Source: an uncultured Candidatus Rokubacteria bacterium (GTDB taxonomy: Bacteria; Methylomirabilota; Methylomirabilia; Rokubacteriales; CSP1-6). Taken from it: DNA of 64,000 bases. Below, piece after piece: positions 19,449 through 29,768 of this stretch. How positions within the stretch are numbered: the stretch's first letter is position 1; the number at the start of each line of letters is the position of its first letter. The position numbers were made by a program, and so were the translations under genes. The notes under the pieces are model-generated. The model made no database searches and was not told where the DNA came from. It saw only the letters and a program-made list of their open reading frames with translations. Location of the stretch: positions 416,001 to 480,000 of the forward strand of contig CAVWFS010000008.1 in the NCBI GenBank assembly GCA_963754315.1. Direction: 5' to 3'.

Positions 19449-20054
19449 ATGCGGCATGCGCAATTGAGCGTTGTCCTCATGGGGGCCATGGTGCTGGCGG
19501 CCTGTTCCACGACGGCGTTTCATTCGACCTGGAAGGCGCCCAACGCCAAGCCGGTATCAGGAAGCGGCGAGAAGGTCATCGCGCTGGTGGCCAGCACGAA
19601 CCAGGCGTCGCGCCGTGCCGGTGAGGATGCCCTGGCCCGCGAGCTCACCAAGCGCGGCGCCGTGGGTATCCCGGCCTACACCGTTCTTGGCGACATCGAT
19701 CTCAAGAATGAAGGGCAGGTCAAGCAGGCCTTCGAGAAGGCGGGCGCCGCGGGCGTGGTGGTGCTCCGTCCCGTCGCCAAGGAGAAGGAGGTCTACTCGA
19801 CACCGTCCGTGTATATGGGGCCCTCCTATGGAACGTTCTGGGGCGGCTACTACGCGGGCGCGTATAGCGCCCCGCAGGTGCACACCAACACGATCGTGAC
19901 CGTCGAGACCCTCGTCTACTCGCTCCGGCAGAACAGGCTCGTGTGGGCAGGGGAGAGCCGCACGACGAATCCCTCGAACGTGGATGCATTCGTTCAGGAA
20001 CTGGTGGCGGAGGCGGCCGAGGCCATGAAGAAGCAAGGCGTGCTCGCTAACTGA
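19449..20054 (+). CDS. Predicted lipoprotein (DUF4136-like)
   Basis: Lipobox LAAC; Tyr/Gly-rich segment followed by VETLVYSL..LVWAG. Confidence 0.7.
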   Translation: MRHAQLSVVLMGAMVLAACSTTAFHSTWKAPNAKPVSGSGEKVIALVASTNQASRRAGEDALARELTKRGAVGIPAYTVLGDIDLKNEGQVKQAFEKAGAAGVVVLRPVAKEKEVYSTPSVYMGPSYGTFWGGYYAGAYSAPQVHTNTIVTVETLVYSLRQNRLVWAGESRTTNPSNVDAFVQELVAEAAEAMKKQGVLAN

Positions 20055-20086
20055 GCACGCGCGTCGTTCGCGAGACAAAGGAGCCC

Positions 20087-20923
20087 GTGAGCATGGACAT
20101 CGTCGATTCGCAGGTACACATCTGGGGGGCCGATACCCCTGCGCGGCCCTGGCCGGCTGGACGCGGGCCGGAAGCGCAGAAGCCCTATCCGATCAGCAAG
20201 GAGGCGCTGCTCTTCCAGATGGATCTGGCCAAGGTCAAGGGTGTGGTACTGGTGCCGCCCTCGTGGGAAGGGGATCGCAACGACCTCGCGCTCGAGGCAG
20301 CGCGGGTCTACCCCGACCGGTTCGCCGTCATGGGTCGACTCGCCTTGCAGAATCCCGAAAGCCGCACGCTGGTGACCGACTGGAAGAAGCAGCCTGGCAT
20401 GCTTGGCATGCGCTTCACCTTTCACAACGAGCACAATCGCCACTTCCTCACGGACGGCTCGGCCGACTGGCTGTGGCCCGCCGCGGAGCGGGCCGGGATT
20501 CCACTCATGGTTCTGGTACCGGGAGCGCTCGAATTGCTCGATCGGATTGCCGGGCAGCATCCTGGCCTCAAGCTGGTGATCGATCACGTCGGACTCAACG
20601 TCCGGGGCAAGGGCCCGAAAGTGTTCGAGGATCTATCAGCCGTCTGCGCGCTGGCCAAGCATGCGAACGTCGCCGTCAAGGCGTCAGGGATGCCATCGCT
20701 GTCGACCGAAGCGTACCCCTTCCGTGACCTGCACCGGCACATCCGGACCCTGGTCGAAGCCTTTGGTCCTCGTCGTACGTTCTGGGGTACCGATCTGACC
20801 CGCATGCCGTGCACCTACTACGAGTGCATCACGCTCTTCACCGAGCACCTGCCGTGGCTGCAGGGCGAAGACCTCGAGTGGGTGATGGGTCGCGGTGTGC
20901 GCGAGTGGCTCGGGTGGCGGTGA
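20087..20923 (+). CDS. Amidohydrolase 2 family protein
   Basis: DSQVHIW, VIDHVG, KASG, FGPRRTFWGTD. Confidence 0.9.
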   Translation: MSMDIVDSQVHIWGADTPARPWPAGRGPEAQKPYPISKEALLFQMDLAKVKGVVLVPPSWEGDRNDLALEAARVYPDRFAVMGRLALQNPESRTLVTDWKKQPGMLGMRFTFHNEHNRHFLTDGSADWLWPAAERAGIPLMVLVPGALELLDRIAGQHPGLKLVIDHVGLNVRGKGPKVFEDLSAVCALAKHANVAVKASGMPSLSTEAYPFRDLHRHIRTLVEAFGPRRTFWGTDLTRMPCTYYECITLFTEHLPWLQGEDLEWVMGRGVREWLGWR

Positions 20924-21690
20924 TGGACTTCGAGTCGGTCCTGACGGGGTTCGCGGCCCTTGACGAGGACGAGCTGATGCGCCCCTGGTCCTGGGGGGGC
21001 CGGCCCCTTGACGTCCGATACGCTCTCTATCGCGCGCTGGAGGAAGCACAGGAGGCACACGTCCACGCGGTGGCCAACCCGCATCCGGAATCGCGGCGCA
21101 TCCTGGCTCTCGCCCAGCGTGCCTTCGGTGACCTGCGTGGCTTGCTCGTCGGGCTGCAGGAGGACCTGCTCGCCAGCGCGCCATCCCGGGGGGTGTGGTC
21201 GGTACGAGAAGTCGTCGCGCATATGATTCTCGTGGAGCAGCGGTATGCGCTGCACACCCTCTACGCCGTTGAGCGATCGGACGCCGAGCCTGTGCGCTTG
21301 CCCGATGCCCGCCTGCCGCCCCTCGCCCCGAGTGACGACGGGGGCTCGGTCGGCGAGATTCTGGCGCGGCTGGGGACGGCGCGAGCCGAGACGAACCGTC
21401 GACTCGACAACGTGCGCGTGGAGGCCATGACCCGGCCGACAATATGGTCCGGTTGTGACGTCGACGTGCGGTTTCGCCTTCATCGTTTCGGAGCTCATGT
21501 TGTTGAGCACACGATTCAGTGCGAGAAGACACTGGCGGCTCTCGGTTGGCGCCCCCCCGAAGGGCGGAGAATCGTGCGGTGCATCACGGCGGCGCTCGGC
21601 GAGGTCGAGGGCCTGGGGGCGGTGACCGAGGCCCGCGCTATCGGAGCACGGCTGGCCGAGCGCTTTGCCTCCGTGACTGCCGCCGTTTGA
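20923..21690 (+). CDS. DinB-family protein (tandem domains)
   Basis: ATG overlaps the upstream TGA; WSVREVVAHM…E and H..EH..Q motifs. Confidence 0.8.
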   Translation: MDFESVLTGFAALDEDELMRPWSWGGRPLDVRYALYRALEEAQEAHVHAVANPHPESRRILALAQRAFGDLRGLLVGLQEDLLASAPSRGVWSVREVVAHMILVEQRYALHTLYAVERSDAEPVRLPDARLPPLAPSDDGGSVGEILARLGTARAETNRRLDNVRVEAMTRPTIWSGCDVDVRFRLHRFGAHVVEHTIQCEKTLAALGWRPPEGRRIVRCITAALGEVEGLGAVTEARAIGARLAERFASVTAAV

Positions 21691-21750
21691 CAATGGCGGA
21701 TTTTCAGGCGTAGTGTCCGCCCGGCTGTTCGCAGCCGTCCCGGGAGGTGT

Positions 21751-23028
21751 GTGATGAAGCGGTTGGTAGCTCTCCTCACATTGGCGAGTGTCCTCTTTCT
21801 TACCGGCGCCGCCTGGGCGCAAGGCCTGCCCACCGCCAAGCCCGAGGAGGTCGGGATCTCGTCGGAGCGCCTCCAGCGCGTCAGCCGTGCGCTACGTAGC
21901 GAGATTGATGCCGGGAAGATCCCGGGGGCGGTGGCGCTCGTGGCGCGCAAGGGTCGTGTTGTGTACTTCGAGAGCTTTGGCGTACGCGACAAGGCCGTCG
22001 GTGATCCGATGCCCAAGGACGCTATCTTCCGCCTCTACTCCATGACCAAGCCGTTCACGTCGGTGGCGGCCATGATGCTCATGGAAGAGGGCAAGTTCCT
22101 CCTCACCGATCCGGTGTCGAAGTTCCTGCCGCAACTGGCGAAGCGAGAAGTGAACACCCAGCGACTCGACCCGGCGACGGGGAAAGTCACCTACGTATTG
22201 GTGCCGGCCGATCGCGAGATGACGATCCAGGACCTCCTCCGCCACACCTCGGGACTGGTCTACGGAACCTTCACGCCCAACGAGCGGATCAAGGAACTCT
22301 ACGCGAAAGAGGGAGTGGCCTGGGAGAATCTCACGCCGGAGGAGCAGATCCAGCGACTGGCCAAGGTTCCGCTGGCACACCAACCCGGAACGACCTGGGA
22401 GTACAGCTTCTCGACGGATGTGCTGGGCCGCGTGATCGAGAAGGTGTCCGGTGCGACCCTCGGCCGGTTCCTCGACGAACGCCTCTTCGGTCCGCTGAAG
22501 ATGTCCGACACCTCATTCGTGGTGTCCGCTGACAAGCTTGGTCGCCTCGCCCAGCCGCTCGCGGTAGAGCCAAGCACGGGGCAGCCGATCAAGCTGGTCG
22601 ATGTGACCGTGACGCCGAAGAACGACGCCGGCGGCGCCGGGACCGCCGGAACGGTAGGCGACTACGCCCGGTTCGCCCAGATGCTGCTCAACGGTGGCCA
22701 GCTCGAGGGCAATCGCCTGCTGAGCCCGACCACCGTTACCTATATGACCTCTGATCATCTCGGAAGCATGACGATCGTCCCGCTCGGCGGCGTGGGGACC
22801 GGCTACGGCTTCGGGCTCGGGTTCGCGGTGCGAAAGGATCCGGGCATCGCTGGTGTCTCGGGACCGGTGGGCGAGTACCGCTGGGGTGGGGCGGCGGGGA
22901 CGGCCTTCTGGGTCGATCCCAAGGACGAGATGATCAGCGTGCTGATGACGCAGGGCGCGCCTGGTCCCGCTCGCGGGCAGACGAACACGCTGTTCCGGCA
23001 GATGGTTCGCCAGGCGATCGTCGAGTAA
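21751..23028 (+). CDS. Serine hydrolase, beta-lactamase-related (class C-like), exported
   Basis: Signal peptide, FRLYSMTK (SxxK), LLRHTSG, PGTTWEYS, WGGAAGT.FWVDP. Confidence 0.92.
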   Translation: MMKRLVALLTLASVLFLTGAAWAQGLPTAKPEEVGISSERLQRVSRALRSEIDAGKIPGAVALVARKGRVVYFESFGVRDKAVGDPMPKDAIFRLYSMTKPFTSVAAMMLMEEGKFLLTDPVSKFLPQLAKREVNTQRLDPATGKVTYVLVPADREMTIQDLLRHTSGLVYGTFTPNERIKELYAKEGVAWENLTPEEQIQRLAKVPLAHQPGTTWEYSFSTDVLGRVIEKVSGATLGRFLDERLFGPLKMSDTSFVVSADKLGRLAQPLAVEPSTGQPIKLVDVTVTPKNDAGGAGTAGTVGDYARFAQMLLNGGQLEGNRLLSPTTVTYMTSDHLGSMTIVPLGGVGTGYGFGLGFAVRKDPGIAGVSGPVGEYRWGGAAGTAFWVDPKDEMISVLMTQGAPGPARGQTNTLFRQMVRQAIVE

Positions 23029-23081
23029 GCCTGGGGGCCCGGCGGGCACCACCGCGGCCGCTGCCGAGACTGCGGCGAAGC

Positions 23082-24503
23082 TCAGCTCGGGCGGAGCGCT
23101 CCGTGGTCGGCCAGCACGTGCGCGACGCAGGCAGTGACTTTCACGCCCGTCGGTAGATCGATGAACTCGTTGGGGCCGTGAGCGTTGGACCCGGGGCCCA
23201 TCACACCCGTCACCAGGAATTGAGCGTCCGGGAACCGCTCGCCGAGCATGCTCATGAAGGGGATGGAGCCTCCGAGGCCGTCAAACATCGCCGGCGCCCC
23301 GAAATAGGCATCGGAGGCGCGGGTGACTGCGCCACGTAACCAGTCGGCCATCGGAGGCGCGTTCCACCCGCTACCTGGGCGCTCGCTGCTCGTGAACGTC
23401 ACCCGCGCTCCGTAGGGCGGGTCGGCTTCCAGCACGTCCTTCACGCGGCGCGCGGCGCGGGCCGCGTCGACGGTGGGGGGCAGACGCAAGGACAGCTTCA
23501 CGGACGTCTGCGGCCGCAGTACGTTGCCGCCATCGGCCAGTGACGGGATGCCGTCGGCGCCGGTGACGGCCAGCGCGGGGCGCCACGTGTTGTTGAGCAG
23601 CGCCTCCACCGGGTCGTGGGTCACCGCGCGCATGCCCTCCACGAACGGAAAGCGCCGCCAGACGTCCTCGCCCAGGACGGCCGCCACCGCGCGTACCTCT
23701 CGCAACCGATCGGGCGGAATCTCGGCATGGCATTCGGACACAAGGATCTCGCCGGTGCGGTCATTCTCCAGCCGGCCCAGCACCTGACGCAAGATGCGAA
23801 AGCTCGAAGGAACGATGCCGCTGGCAGCGCCGGAGTGCACGCCCTCGCCAAGCACTTCAACGGTCAGCGTCCCGCTCAGCAAGCCGCGGAGTGATGTCGT
23901 CGTCCACAGGTGGTCGTAGTCGCCGCAGCCCGAGTCGAGGCAGACGACGAGGTCCGGCCGGATGCGATCGGCGAGCTTGTCCACATAGGCGGGCAGGTCG
24001 GGACTGCCGCTTTCCTCGGACGCTTCGATCAGGATCACGCAGCGCGCGTGTGGAACCCCCTGGGCCTGGAGCGTCTCGATGGCGGTGAGCGCGGCGAATG
24101 CGGCGTAGCCGTCGTCACCGGCGCCCCGACCGAACAGCCGATTGCCCCGGCGCACGGGAGTCCACGGGCCCCCATCGTCGGCCCAGCCGACCATCTCCGG
24201 CTGCTTGTCACAATGCCCATAGAGCAGGACAGTCTCGCCACCTGTGCCCGGCACCTCCATCAGGATGACGGGCGTGCGGCCGTCGAGGCGGACCACCTCG
24301 ATCGTCAATCCCTCGAGCTTTCGCCGCCGGGCCCAGTCGGTGATGAGGGCCACCGCGCGGTCGATGTGGCCGTGCTCGGCCCACTTGGTGTCGTACAAGG
24401 GGGACTTGGCGGGAATTCGGATGTACTCGGTGAGAGTGGGAACGATATCGGCATCCCAGACCCGCTGAACGAAGGCGCGTGTGCGGTCGCGATCGATAGT
24501 CAT
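23082..24503 (-). CDS. M20/M25/M40 metallopeptidase (dipeptidase-like)
   Basis: YGHCDKQP, GRGAGDDG, EASEESGS, GGSIPF, NAHGPNE; start placed at MTIDR, 7 nt after TACTAT (possibly leaderless). Confidence 0.9.
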   Translation of the reverse strand: MTIDRDRTRAFVQRVWDADIVPTLTEYIRIPAKSPLYDTKWAEHGHIDRAVALITDWARRRKLEGLTIEVVRLDGRTPVILMEVPGTGGETVLLYGHCDKQPEMVGWADDGGPWTPVRRGNRLFGRGAGDDGYAAFAALTAIETLQAQGVPHARCVILIEASEESGSPDLPAYVDKLADRIRPDLVVCLDSGCGDYDHLWTTTSLRGLLSGTLTVEVLGEGVHSGAASGIVPSSFRILRQVLGRLENDRTGEILVSECHAEIPPDRLREVRAVAAVLGEDVWRRFPFVEGMRAVTHDPVEALLNNTWRPALAVTGADGIPSLADGGNVLRPQTSVKLSLRLPPTVDAARAARRVKDVLEADPPYGARVTFTSSERPGSGWNAPPMADWLRGAVTRASDAYFGAPAMFDGLGGSIPFMSMLGERFPDAQFLVTGVMGPGSNAHGPNEFIDLPTGVKVTACVAHVLADHGALRPS

Positions 24504-24553
24504 GGGCCCCATAGTATCCATGATCGGGACCCGTGTCCCGGTGGGCAGCCCGC

Positions 24554-25144
24554 TCAGGGCAGAAGATCTGCGACGAGGATCGAGCGCTGGGGTGTGATCA
24601 GGGGTTCGATGACCGCCGGCGGACGCAACGTCTGCACGCGATCGTAGCGCCAGCCGCACGGGGCGTCCCCGCACGCGACAGGCTGCCGGTGAACCTCGAG
24701 TGTGTCGTGGGCCAGATCGACGATCCAGTACTCGGTGATGGCAGCGCGGGCATAGAGGCTCGCCTTGTAATCGTGGTCGATCCTGTAGGAGCCCTCCGAG
24801 ACCTCGACGACGAGCAGAGCACGCGACGGATGCGCGTCGCGGTAGGCGCCCGGATCGCGTGGCACCACGGCAACGTCCGGCTCGGGCTCCGAGGTGTCGT
24901 CGAGGGCAATCGGAAGTTGCGAGTCGATCTGCCACTGCTCACCAAGAGCGTTGCGCAGAGCGGCGAGCACTCGTCGGATGGCCGCCGCGTGACGACTGCC
25001 CTGCGGTTCCCGCACCAGCAGAAGACCGTCGATCAGCTCCAGATGCTCGCCGGGTTCGAAGACGTGCAGGTCCACGAGGCGCTCATACTCAGCGCGGGTC
25101 CACCGTCGCGCTTCTCGGGGAAGAACGACGACGTTGGCCTCCAT
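24554..25144 (-). CDS. Uma2 family (DUF820) nuclease-like protein
   Basis: RWTRAEY, LELIDG, EPEPDVAVV, VEVS, KASLYARAAITEYWIVD. Confidence 0.9.
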   Translation of the reverse strand: MEANVVVLPREARRWTRAEYERLVDLHVFEPGEHLELIDGLLLVREPQGSRHAAAIRRVLAALRNALGEQWQIDSQLPIALDDTSEPEPDVAVVPRDPGAYRDAHPSRALLVVEVSEGSYRIDHDYKASLYARAAITEYWIVDLAHDTLEVHRQPVACGDAPCGWRYDRVQTLRPPAVIEPLITPQRSILVADLLP

Positions 25145-25292
25145 GCTGGGGAGCCTAGCCGGCCCTCGCGCGTTGGTCAACGTACGCAAACCGATACAGC
25201 GCGCTGCGGGCCGCCTCCCCCGGGGGCCTTGTGGCCTGGGTCGTCGATGACGTAGCCTCCTGTCCATACACCTGCCGGAAAGGACAACAAGC

Positions 25293-25667
25293 ATGCCGAA
25301 GATCTGGCGCGTTTTCAGCGGTACGGACGGGCAGTCGCACATCGCCGAGGTGCCGCTGACCATGAAGCCCTTTGTCGACGTCGAAGGCGCCCATGGGGAG
25401 GGCACCCCGACCCAGCCGGCGACGAGTATCGCCTTTCGTGTCTCCCCTCCGGGCTACGTGCTGAGCTGGCACTGTGCGCCCCGGCGGCAGTATTCCATCT
25501 CGCTGTCGGGAACGGCCGAGATCGAGGTCGGCGACGGGACGGTTGCCCGCGTCGGGCCGGGCGACGTGGTGCTGGCCGAGGATTTGACCGGTCAGGGCCA
25601 CGTGACCCGCGTCGTAGGGGATCAACCGAGGTTCTACGCGATCGTCCCGCTTGCCGAGGGCCACTGA
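25293..25667 (+). CDS. Small cupin-like protein
   Basis: DGQSH, WHCAPRRQY, GPGDVVLAEDLTGQGH. Confidence 0.8.
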   Translation: MPKIWRVFSGTDGQSHIAEVPLTMKPFVDVEGAHGEGTPTQPATSIAFRVSPPGYVLSWHCAPRRQYSISLSGTAEIEVGDGTVARVGPGDVVLAEDLTGQGHVTRVVGDQPRFYAIVPLAEGH

Positions 25668-25778
25668 GCGCGGCCCGCCCTGCGTCGGTATCCGTCGGCG
25701 AGTTGCGCCCCTCGTGAGGGGTGGTCTATGATTCGCCCGCCTCTGGTCTGACCTGTCTATCTACGCCGGGAGGAACCG

Positions 25779-26390
25779 ATGATCCCAAGGTTGCTCGTGA
25801 TCGTGCTCGGGGTGCTGCTGCTGACCGGGCTCCCCGGGTCCGTGCTCGCCCAGAAGAAGACTCTCACCGTGGCCCTGAACCAGGACCCCGATGTTCTCGA
25901 TCCTACTCTTTCGCGCACGTATGTCGGGCGGATCGTGTTCGCGCAGATGTGCGAGAAGCTGTACGAGATCGACGAGCAGCTGCGCATCTCTCCTCAGCTG
26001 GCGGCGGGCATGCCGGTCGTCAGCGACGGCGGCCGCACGGTGACCATCAAGGTCCGTCCCGGCGTGAAGTTCAATGATGGGACGGCGCTCACGGCGGAGG
26101 CCGTACGCGCCTCGCTGGACCGACACCGGACCATGCCGGGCTCCAACCGGCGCAGCGAGCTGGAGTCGGTGACCGCGGTCGAGGTCGTGGATCCACTTAC
26201 CGTGCGCCTGCGCCTCAAGGCGCCCTTCTCACCCCTGACCGCCCAGCTCGCCGACCGGGCTGGCATGCCCGTGTCGCCGGCGGCGGTCCAGAAGCTCGGC
26301 GAGAAGTTCGGGACGGCGCCAGTCTGCGTGGGACCGTGGCAGTTCGTCGAGCGCGTGGCCCAGGACCGGATCGTCGTCGAGAAGTCGCCT
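25779..26390 (+). pseudogene. Truncated family-5 (peptide/nickel) ABC solute-binding protein
   Basis: Signal peptide, DPDVLDP, PQLA, GVKFNDGT, PVCVGPWQF; family-like sequence stops at …IVVEKS (about 200 aa) and the frame then runs into the antisense of the next gene. Confidence 0.75.
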
Positions 26391-26427
26391 CGACCTGCTC
26401 GACCCGCGGGAATACTGAGTCGGCGGG

Positions 26428-27996
26428 TCAGAGGCTCCGCGTGGCGCGTTCCTGCTCGACCAGCACGCGGCGCAGAATCTTGCCTGAGGCCGACTTGGGG
26501 ATCGTTTCCACCACTTCCAGCCGCCGGATCTTCTTGTGGGGTGCCACTCGTCCGGCCACCCAGTCCATCAGCTCGGTTGGCGGCACTGGCTGACGGAGCA
26601 CGACGAAAGCCTTGGGCACCTCGCCAGCTTCCTCGTCCGGGCTCGGGATGACTGCCACGTCGGCCACGGCGGGATGGGAGAGGAGCAACCCTTCCAGCTC
26701 CGCCGGGGCCACCTGCATGCCCTTGTACTTGATGAGCTCCTTGACTCGATCCACCACGTAGAAGTAGCCGTCTGCGTCGGCATAGCCCACGTCGCCTGTG
26801 TGTAACCATCCGTCGCCGTCGATGGTGCGTGCGGTTGCCTCGGGGTCGTTCCAATAGCCCCGCATGACATTGGGCCCTCGTACGCAGATCTCACCCCGCT
26901 CCCCCCTGGGAAGAGTGGCGCCGGTGACGGTGTCCACCACCTTTGAGTCCATGTTGGGAAGGGTCAGTCCGGCCGCACCGCTTCGGACCTTGGCCGGATC
27001 CTGCGGGGTCACGTGGCAGGCCAGGCTCGTCTCGGTCATGCCGTAGCCCTGCGTCACGAGACACTTGAGACGTTCGGCACAGGCGCGCTGCAGGTTTTCA
27101 TCGAGGGGAGCCGCCCCAGAATTCACGAGCTTGATCGACGACAGATCAAACTGGTCCACCAGGGGGTGCTTGGCCAGAGCGAGCACGATGGGCGGGACCA
27201 CGTAGAGATGGGTCAGACGGTGCTCCTGCACCAGCCGCAGGAACTCGCCCAGATCGAAGCGTGGCATCGTGACGCAGAGCCCGCTGAAGTAGAGCGGAAA
27301 GTTCATGAGTACGACCTGCCCGTAGATGTGGAAGAAGGGCAGGATGCCCAAGGTGCGCCAGTTCTCGTCGATCTGCGCCTGCGCTTCGACCTGGCAGGTG
27401 ACGGCCACGAGATTGCGGTGCGTCAGCATGACACCCTTGGGCCGACCGGAGGTGCCGCTCGAGTACGGGAGGGCGACGAGGTCTTCCCGGGGGTTGATGC
27501 GCACCGCGGGCATGTCCCCATCGTTGGCGAGAAGTGCCGCAAACGGCGTAGCACCTTCGGTCTCGCCGAAGACGAAGATCTCCCGGACAGAGGTGCCGCG
27601 AGCGGCCTCGCGCGCCTTGTCGAGAAAGGGGGGAGCGGTCACCAGATACTTGGCACCGGTGTCGCGAAGCTGGAACCCGAGCTCCTCGGGTGTGTAAAGG
27701 GGATTGGCTGCGGTCACGACCCCTCCCACCATGGCGGGACCGTGAAAGGCCAAGGCGTACTCCGGCAGGTTGGGGCTATAGATGGCGAGGACGTCGCCCT
27801 TGGCGAAGCCCCGCCGTGCGAGCCCGGTGCCCACCCGTTGCGCGCCGCCCGCCACCTGGCCGATGGTGAGCGTGCGCCCGCTGGGTCCGTCGATCAGGAC
27901 GGGTTGGTCGGCGCGCTCCCTCGCGTGACGGAGGATGAAGCTCGAATACGGCGCGTCCGGAATCGCGACGTCAGGAAGGGCACTGCGAAAGATCAC
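26428..27996 (-). CDS. 4-coumarate--CoA ligase-like AMP-binding enzyme
   Basis: LPYSSGTSGRPKGV, QGYGMTE, GEICVRG, GWLHTGD, DRVKELIKYKG, IPKSASGKILRR; GTG start overlaps the upstream TGA. Confidence 0.92.
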   Translation of the reverse strand: MIFRSALPDVAIPDAPYSSFILRHARERADQPVLIDGPSGRTLTIGQVAGGAQRVGTGLARRGFAKGDVLAIYSPNLPEYALAFHGPAMVGGVVTAANPLYTPEELGFQLRDTGAKYLVTAPPFLDKAREAARGTSVREIFVFGETEGATPFAALLANDGDMPAVRINPREDLVALPYSSGTSGRPKGVMLTHRNLVAVTCQVEAQAQIDENWRTLGILPFFHIYGQVVLMNFPLYFSGLCVTMPRFDLGEFLRLVQEHRLTHLYVVPPIVLALAKHPLVDQFDLSSIKLVNSGAAPLDENLQRACAERLKCLVTQGYGMTETSLACHVTPQDPAKVRSGAAGLTLPNMDSKVVDTVTGATLPRGERGEICVRGPNVMRGYWNDPEATARTIDGDGWLHTGDVGYADADGYFYVVDRVKELIKYKGMQVAPAELEGLLLSHPAVADVAVIPSPDEEAGEVPKAFVVLRQPVPPTELMDWVAGRVAPHKKIRRLEVVETIPKSASGKILRRVLVEQERATRSL

Positions 27997-28502
27997 GCCC
28001 TCGGCTGACTCTGGCGGCGCAGGACCTCGTCCCAGGGGCCGGGGAAGCGACCCTTTTGACCTTCGCCCGAGAACGGCCGCTCCCGCTGCCACTGGCTCCG
28101 CGGCAGCTCGTAGTAGACCTCGAGACCATTGCCGTCCGGATCGTCAAAGTAGATGCCGATGGAGACGGTGTGATCGGAGACCCGGACGGGAACGTCCTTG
28201 GCCTGCAAGCGGTGATACATCTCCTTCAGGTCGTCGAGGCTCGCCATCTTCCAGGCGACGTGATTGAGTCCGACCTGTCCCTTCTCTTGCCCGGGGGCGT
28301 CCTCACCGACCTCGAAGAGGGCGATGTCATGGGCGTGATCGGGGTCGGCAGCCAGGAAGGCAGCCCGCAAGCGTCCCGTCTCCGGAGACATCATGGTGTC
28401 CTGGGTGTGCAGGCCGAAGACGTCGGTGTACCAGCGGTGCGAGCGCTCGGCGTTGCGGACGAAGATATTGACGTGGTCGAGCGATACGGGTGTGTAGGCC
28501 AT
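27993..28502 (-). CDS. VOC family protein
   Basis: LDHVNIFVRN, HDIAL, GLNHVAW, YFDDPDGNGLEVY. Confidence 0.9.
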   Translation of the reverse strand: MAYTPVSLDHVNIFVRNAERSHRWYTDVFGLHTQDTMMSPETGRLRAAFLAADPDHAHDIALFEVGEDAPGQEKGQVGLNHVAWKMASLDDLKEMYHRLQAKDVPVRVSDHTVSIGIYFDDPDGNGLEVYYELPRSQWQRERPFSGEGQKGRFPGPWDEVLRRQSQPRA

Positions 28503-28548
28503 GCCTCCCTCCTCCAGAATACGGTAGCAGATCGGCGGCGGCGACGAG

Positions 28549-29768
28549 TCACAACCTCCTGAGCCTCGGGAGCAGCCACGCGGTGATGCCTGTCAGGGCG
28601 GCCAAGGCCAGTCCGCTCGCCCCAAGCGCTGCGCTCACGCCGAACAGCGACGCGATCCCGCCGATCTGGAGTTGCCCGATCGGGGCGAGGCCAATCGCGA
28701 CCACCCAAGCGCCGCCGGCCCGCCCGCGCAGTGCGGCGGGCACGGCAAACTGCAGCAGGCTCTGGGCGAGCAGGTCGGCCAGGGCCCCGATCGCGTTGGT
28801 GATCGTCAGGACGACCAGCACGCCTGCGAAACCCACCACATACGGGGCCAGGCCCAGGCTGGCCACGCTCGCCCCGAACGACACGAGGGTGACCAGAAAG
28901 AACGTCCCTCCGCCTCGCGCCGAGCCTCGCATCGAGGCCAAGAGACCGAGGACCCCACCGACGGAGCGGGCGGCGTTCAGCGCGCCAAGCCCTTCCGGAC
29001 CGGTGTGCAGAATGTCACGGGCGAGACTGGGGAGCACCGCCTGGTGCGCGAACCCCAGGATCTCGGCACCGGCGGTCAAACTCATGAGGACGAGGAGGGT
29101 GCGGTCTTTGCGAACGAGCACGACGAAATCAATCACACCCCTCCACAGAGAATCAGGGTCCGTAGGCGTCAGCCGGACTGGCGCTGAGGCCGTGAGGAGC
29201 GCGGCGGCGCCGGCTAGAAAGGAACCGGCGACGAACAGGTACGCGGGGCCCGATCCCCAGCGAGCGATGACGGCACCAGCTCCGAGCGAGCCCAGGAGCC
29301 ACCCCATCCGCATCGCAACGCCGAGCACGGCCAAGCCATTCACCAGGGACGCCGCGCCCACGATATCGTGCGTGTAGCTCTGTCGGGCCGCGTGCTCGAG
29401 GGCACGGAACGCCCCGGCCCCCAAGGTCAGCAGGACGAGCTGAGTCAGGCTCATCAGCTCGAACACCGTGAGCAGCCCCATCGCTGCCGCCGTGAGGGCT
29501 TGGCCGATGCCGGCCGCGATCAGCAAGCGATGCCGGGGAACCCGATCTGCGAGCACCCCGGCTGGCACGCCCACGAAGAAAAGCGGAAGAGCTCGGGCGC
29601 CCATGGCCAGACCGACCAGGAACGGTGAATCGGTGAGGCTGAGCGCGAGCCAGCCCAGCACCACCACTTCGCCCATCATCCCGACCGAGTTCAGAAGTGT
29701 CGCAACCCCGAGACCCCGGAAATCGGGGAGGCGAAGGAGAGCGAGGTTGAGCTTCAGGAGCGGGTCAC
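28549..29768 (-). CDS. MFS transporter (probable 1-nt frameshift near 29757)
   Basis: GVLADRVPRHR motif A, LRGRA, about 12 hydrophobic segments; GTG at 29768 overlaps the upstream stop but is out of frame with LKLNLALLRLPDFR. Confidence 0.85.

Noticed and set aside
21751..23028. Beta-lactam resistance gene
   Set aside because: The motifs fit the broad esterase/serine-hydrolase group; nothing specifically indicates beta-lactamase activity
24554..25144. Uma2 protein as a restriction or defence system
   Set aside because: Stand-alone gene with no methylase or partner; this family is commonly expanded without demonstrated defence function
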